DNA from: Octopus sinensis
Taxonomy: Eukaryota
Length of the DNA: 64,000 nucleotides
Assembly: GCF_006345805.1 (NCBI RefSeq)
Contig: NC_043012.1
Coordinates: forward strand, 3,782,001-3,846,000
Direction of reading: 5' to 3'
Shown here piece by piece: positions 63,179 through 64,000 of this stretch. A program made the position numbers and the translations under genes. The notes under the pieces were generated by a model. That model made no database searches. It saw only the letters and a program-made list of their open reading frames with translations, and was not told where the DNA came from. The number at the start of each line of letters is the position of its first letter. The stretch's first letter is position 1.

Positions 63179-63814
63179 TATATTGTTATTATTTTTACTG
63201 CACCAGATCAGAAATTGTCAAGCTACCAGAAGAATGTGACAAAGGTCTGTTGTGTATCAATCACCACAGTGGCTACTGTCTTGAAATAACTGGATTTTTA
63301 AGACATCAGTTAAGAACACTTGAAAAGATCTCTGGAATTCCAGTCAGAGATCTTTCGCAATATAAACCAAAATACAGCAAGGAGCTTTAGGAGAGCAGAT
63401 GGAGAATATTTTCCTTGAATTATAATTCCAAGTTGTAAATTAAAGCTCATCACCAGTCCTTCCATATGAACTCAGTTCTCTCAGATTAAAACAAACTATG
63501 GTTCTGTGATCTTCTGCACAGATATCCAGTACTAACATGAACGAAATATGATCTTGGGATCCCATGGATTGATGCTTTATTTATGAGGTCGTTGCTACAC
63601 AGTTTAGTTATATAGCAGATGTTAAATACAATGTGACTGATGTTGTATGTGAAAGAGTAAGCATACATAGTCAAAATAGGTAACCAATGGTTTTTGCTAT
63701 TGTGTATGAAGAGAACAAAAAATCCTGACTAGATTCATTACTCGAACCAATTTAGGAGTAATAAAACTCATCAATAAATAAAACTGTGTTATATCATTAA
63801 TATCTGATGAAAAG

Positions 63815-64000
63815 GCCTGCAAGCTGGCAGAATCGTTAGCACACCAGGCAAAGTGCTTAGTGGTATTTCATCTGCCATTATGTTCTGAGTTCAAATTCCA
63901 CCAAGGTCGACTTTACCTTTCATCCTTTCAGGGTCAATTAAATAAGTACCAGTTATACACTGGGGTCGATATCATCGGTTTAATCCCTTTACCTGTCCTT
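63815..64000 (+). mobile_element. SINE family B copy (runs off window edge)
   Basis: Colinear with other B copies. Confidence 0.85.

Noticed and set aside
62650-63720. Minus-strand acceptor-like sites (63113, about 62773) and a ~60-codon open + frame near 63207-63390
   Set aside because: No recognisable homology or consistent exon chain. Could be a neighbouring gene end or TE relic but cannot be supported.

Overview
Repeat-dense, AT-rich eukaryotic genomic DNA, most likely from an octopus-type cephalopod (inferred from tRNA-headed SINEs, RTE tails ending in (GAT)n and long (TA)n/(CA)n tracts). The only host gene I can support is Homer on the + strand. It has seven coding exons from 14077 to 44152 (984 nt, 327 aa + stop), covering the C-terminal half of the EVH1 domain, the linker and the coiled coil. 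The N-terminal exon(s) were not found and probably lie upstream. The rest is introns and intergenic DNA filled with SINEs, RTE/CR1 LINE ends, DNA-transposon relics (DD37D maT, mariner, hAT, Tigger- and piggyBac-type MITEs) and foldback elements. Best leads: (1) at least three families of minimal type-I hammerhead-ribozyme motifs in Penelope-like fragments, including a TSD-flanked element combining a tRNA-like Pol III head with inverted ribozyme arms, a family with a U6 core variant, and a core-intact sense copy inside a Homer intron; (2) U6 and tRNA-Asp copies each fused to the same type of retroposon 3' tail, plus a 5.8S rRNA relic abutting a SINE; (3) a candidate 48-nt neuronal cassette exon of Homer; (4) many long inverted repeats in the Homer pre-mRNA. 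Everything was read by eye, family names come from recall, and no searches or folding programs were run.
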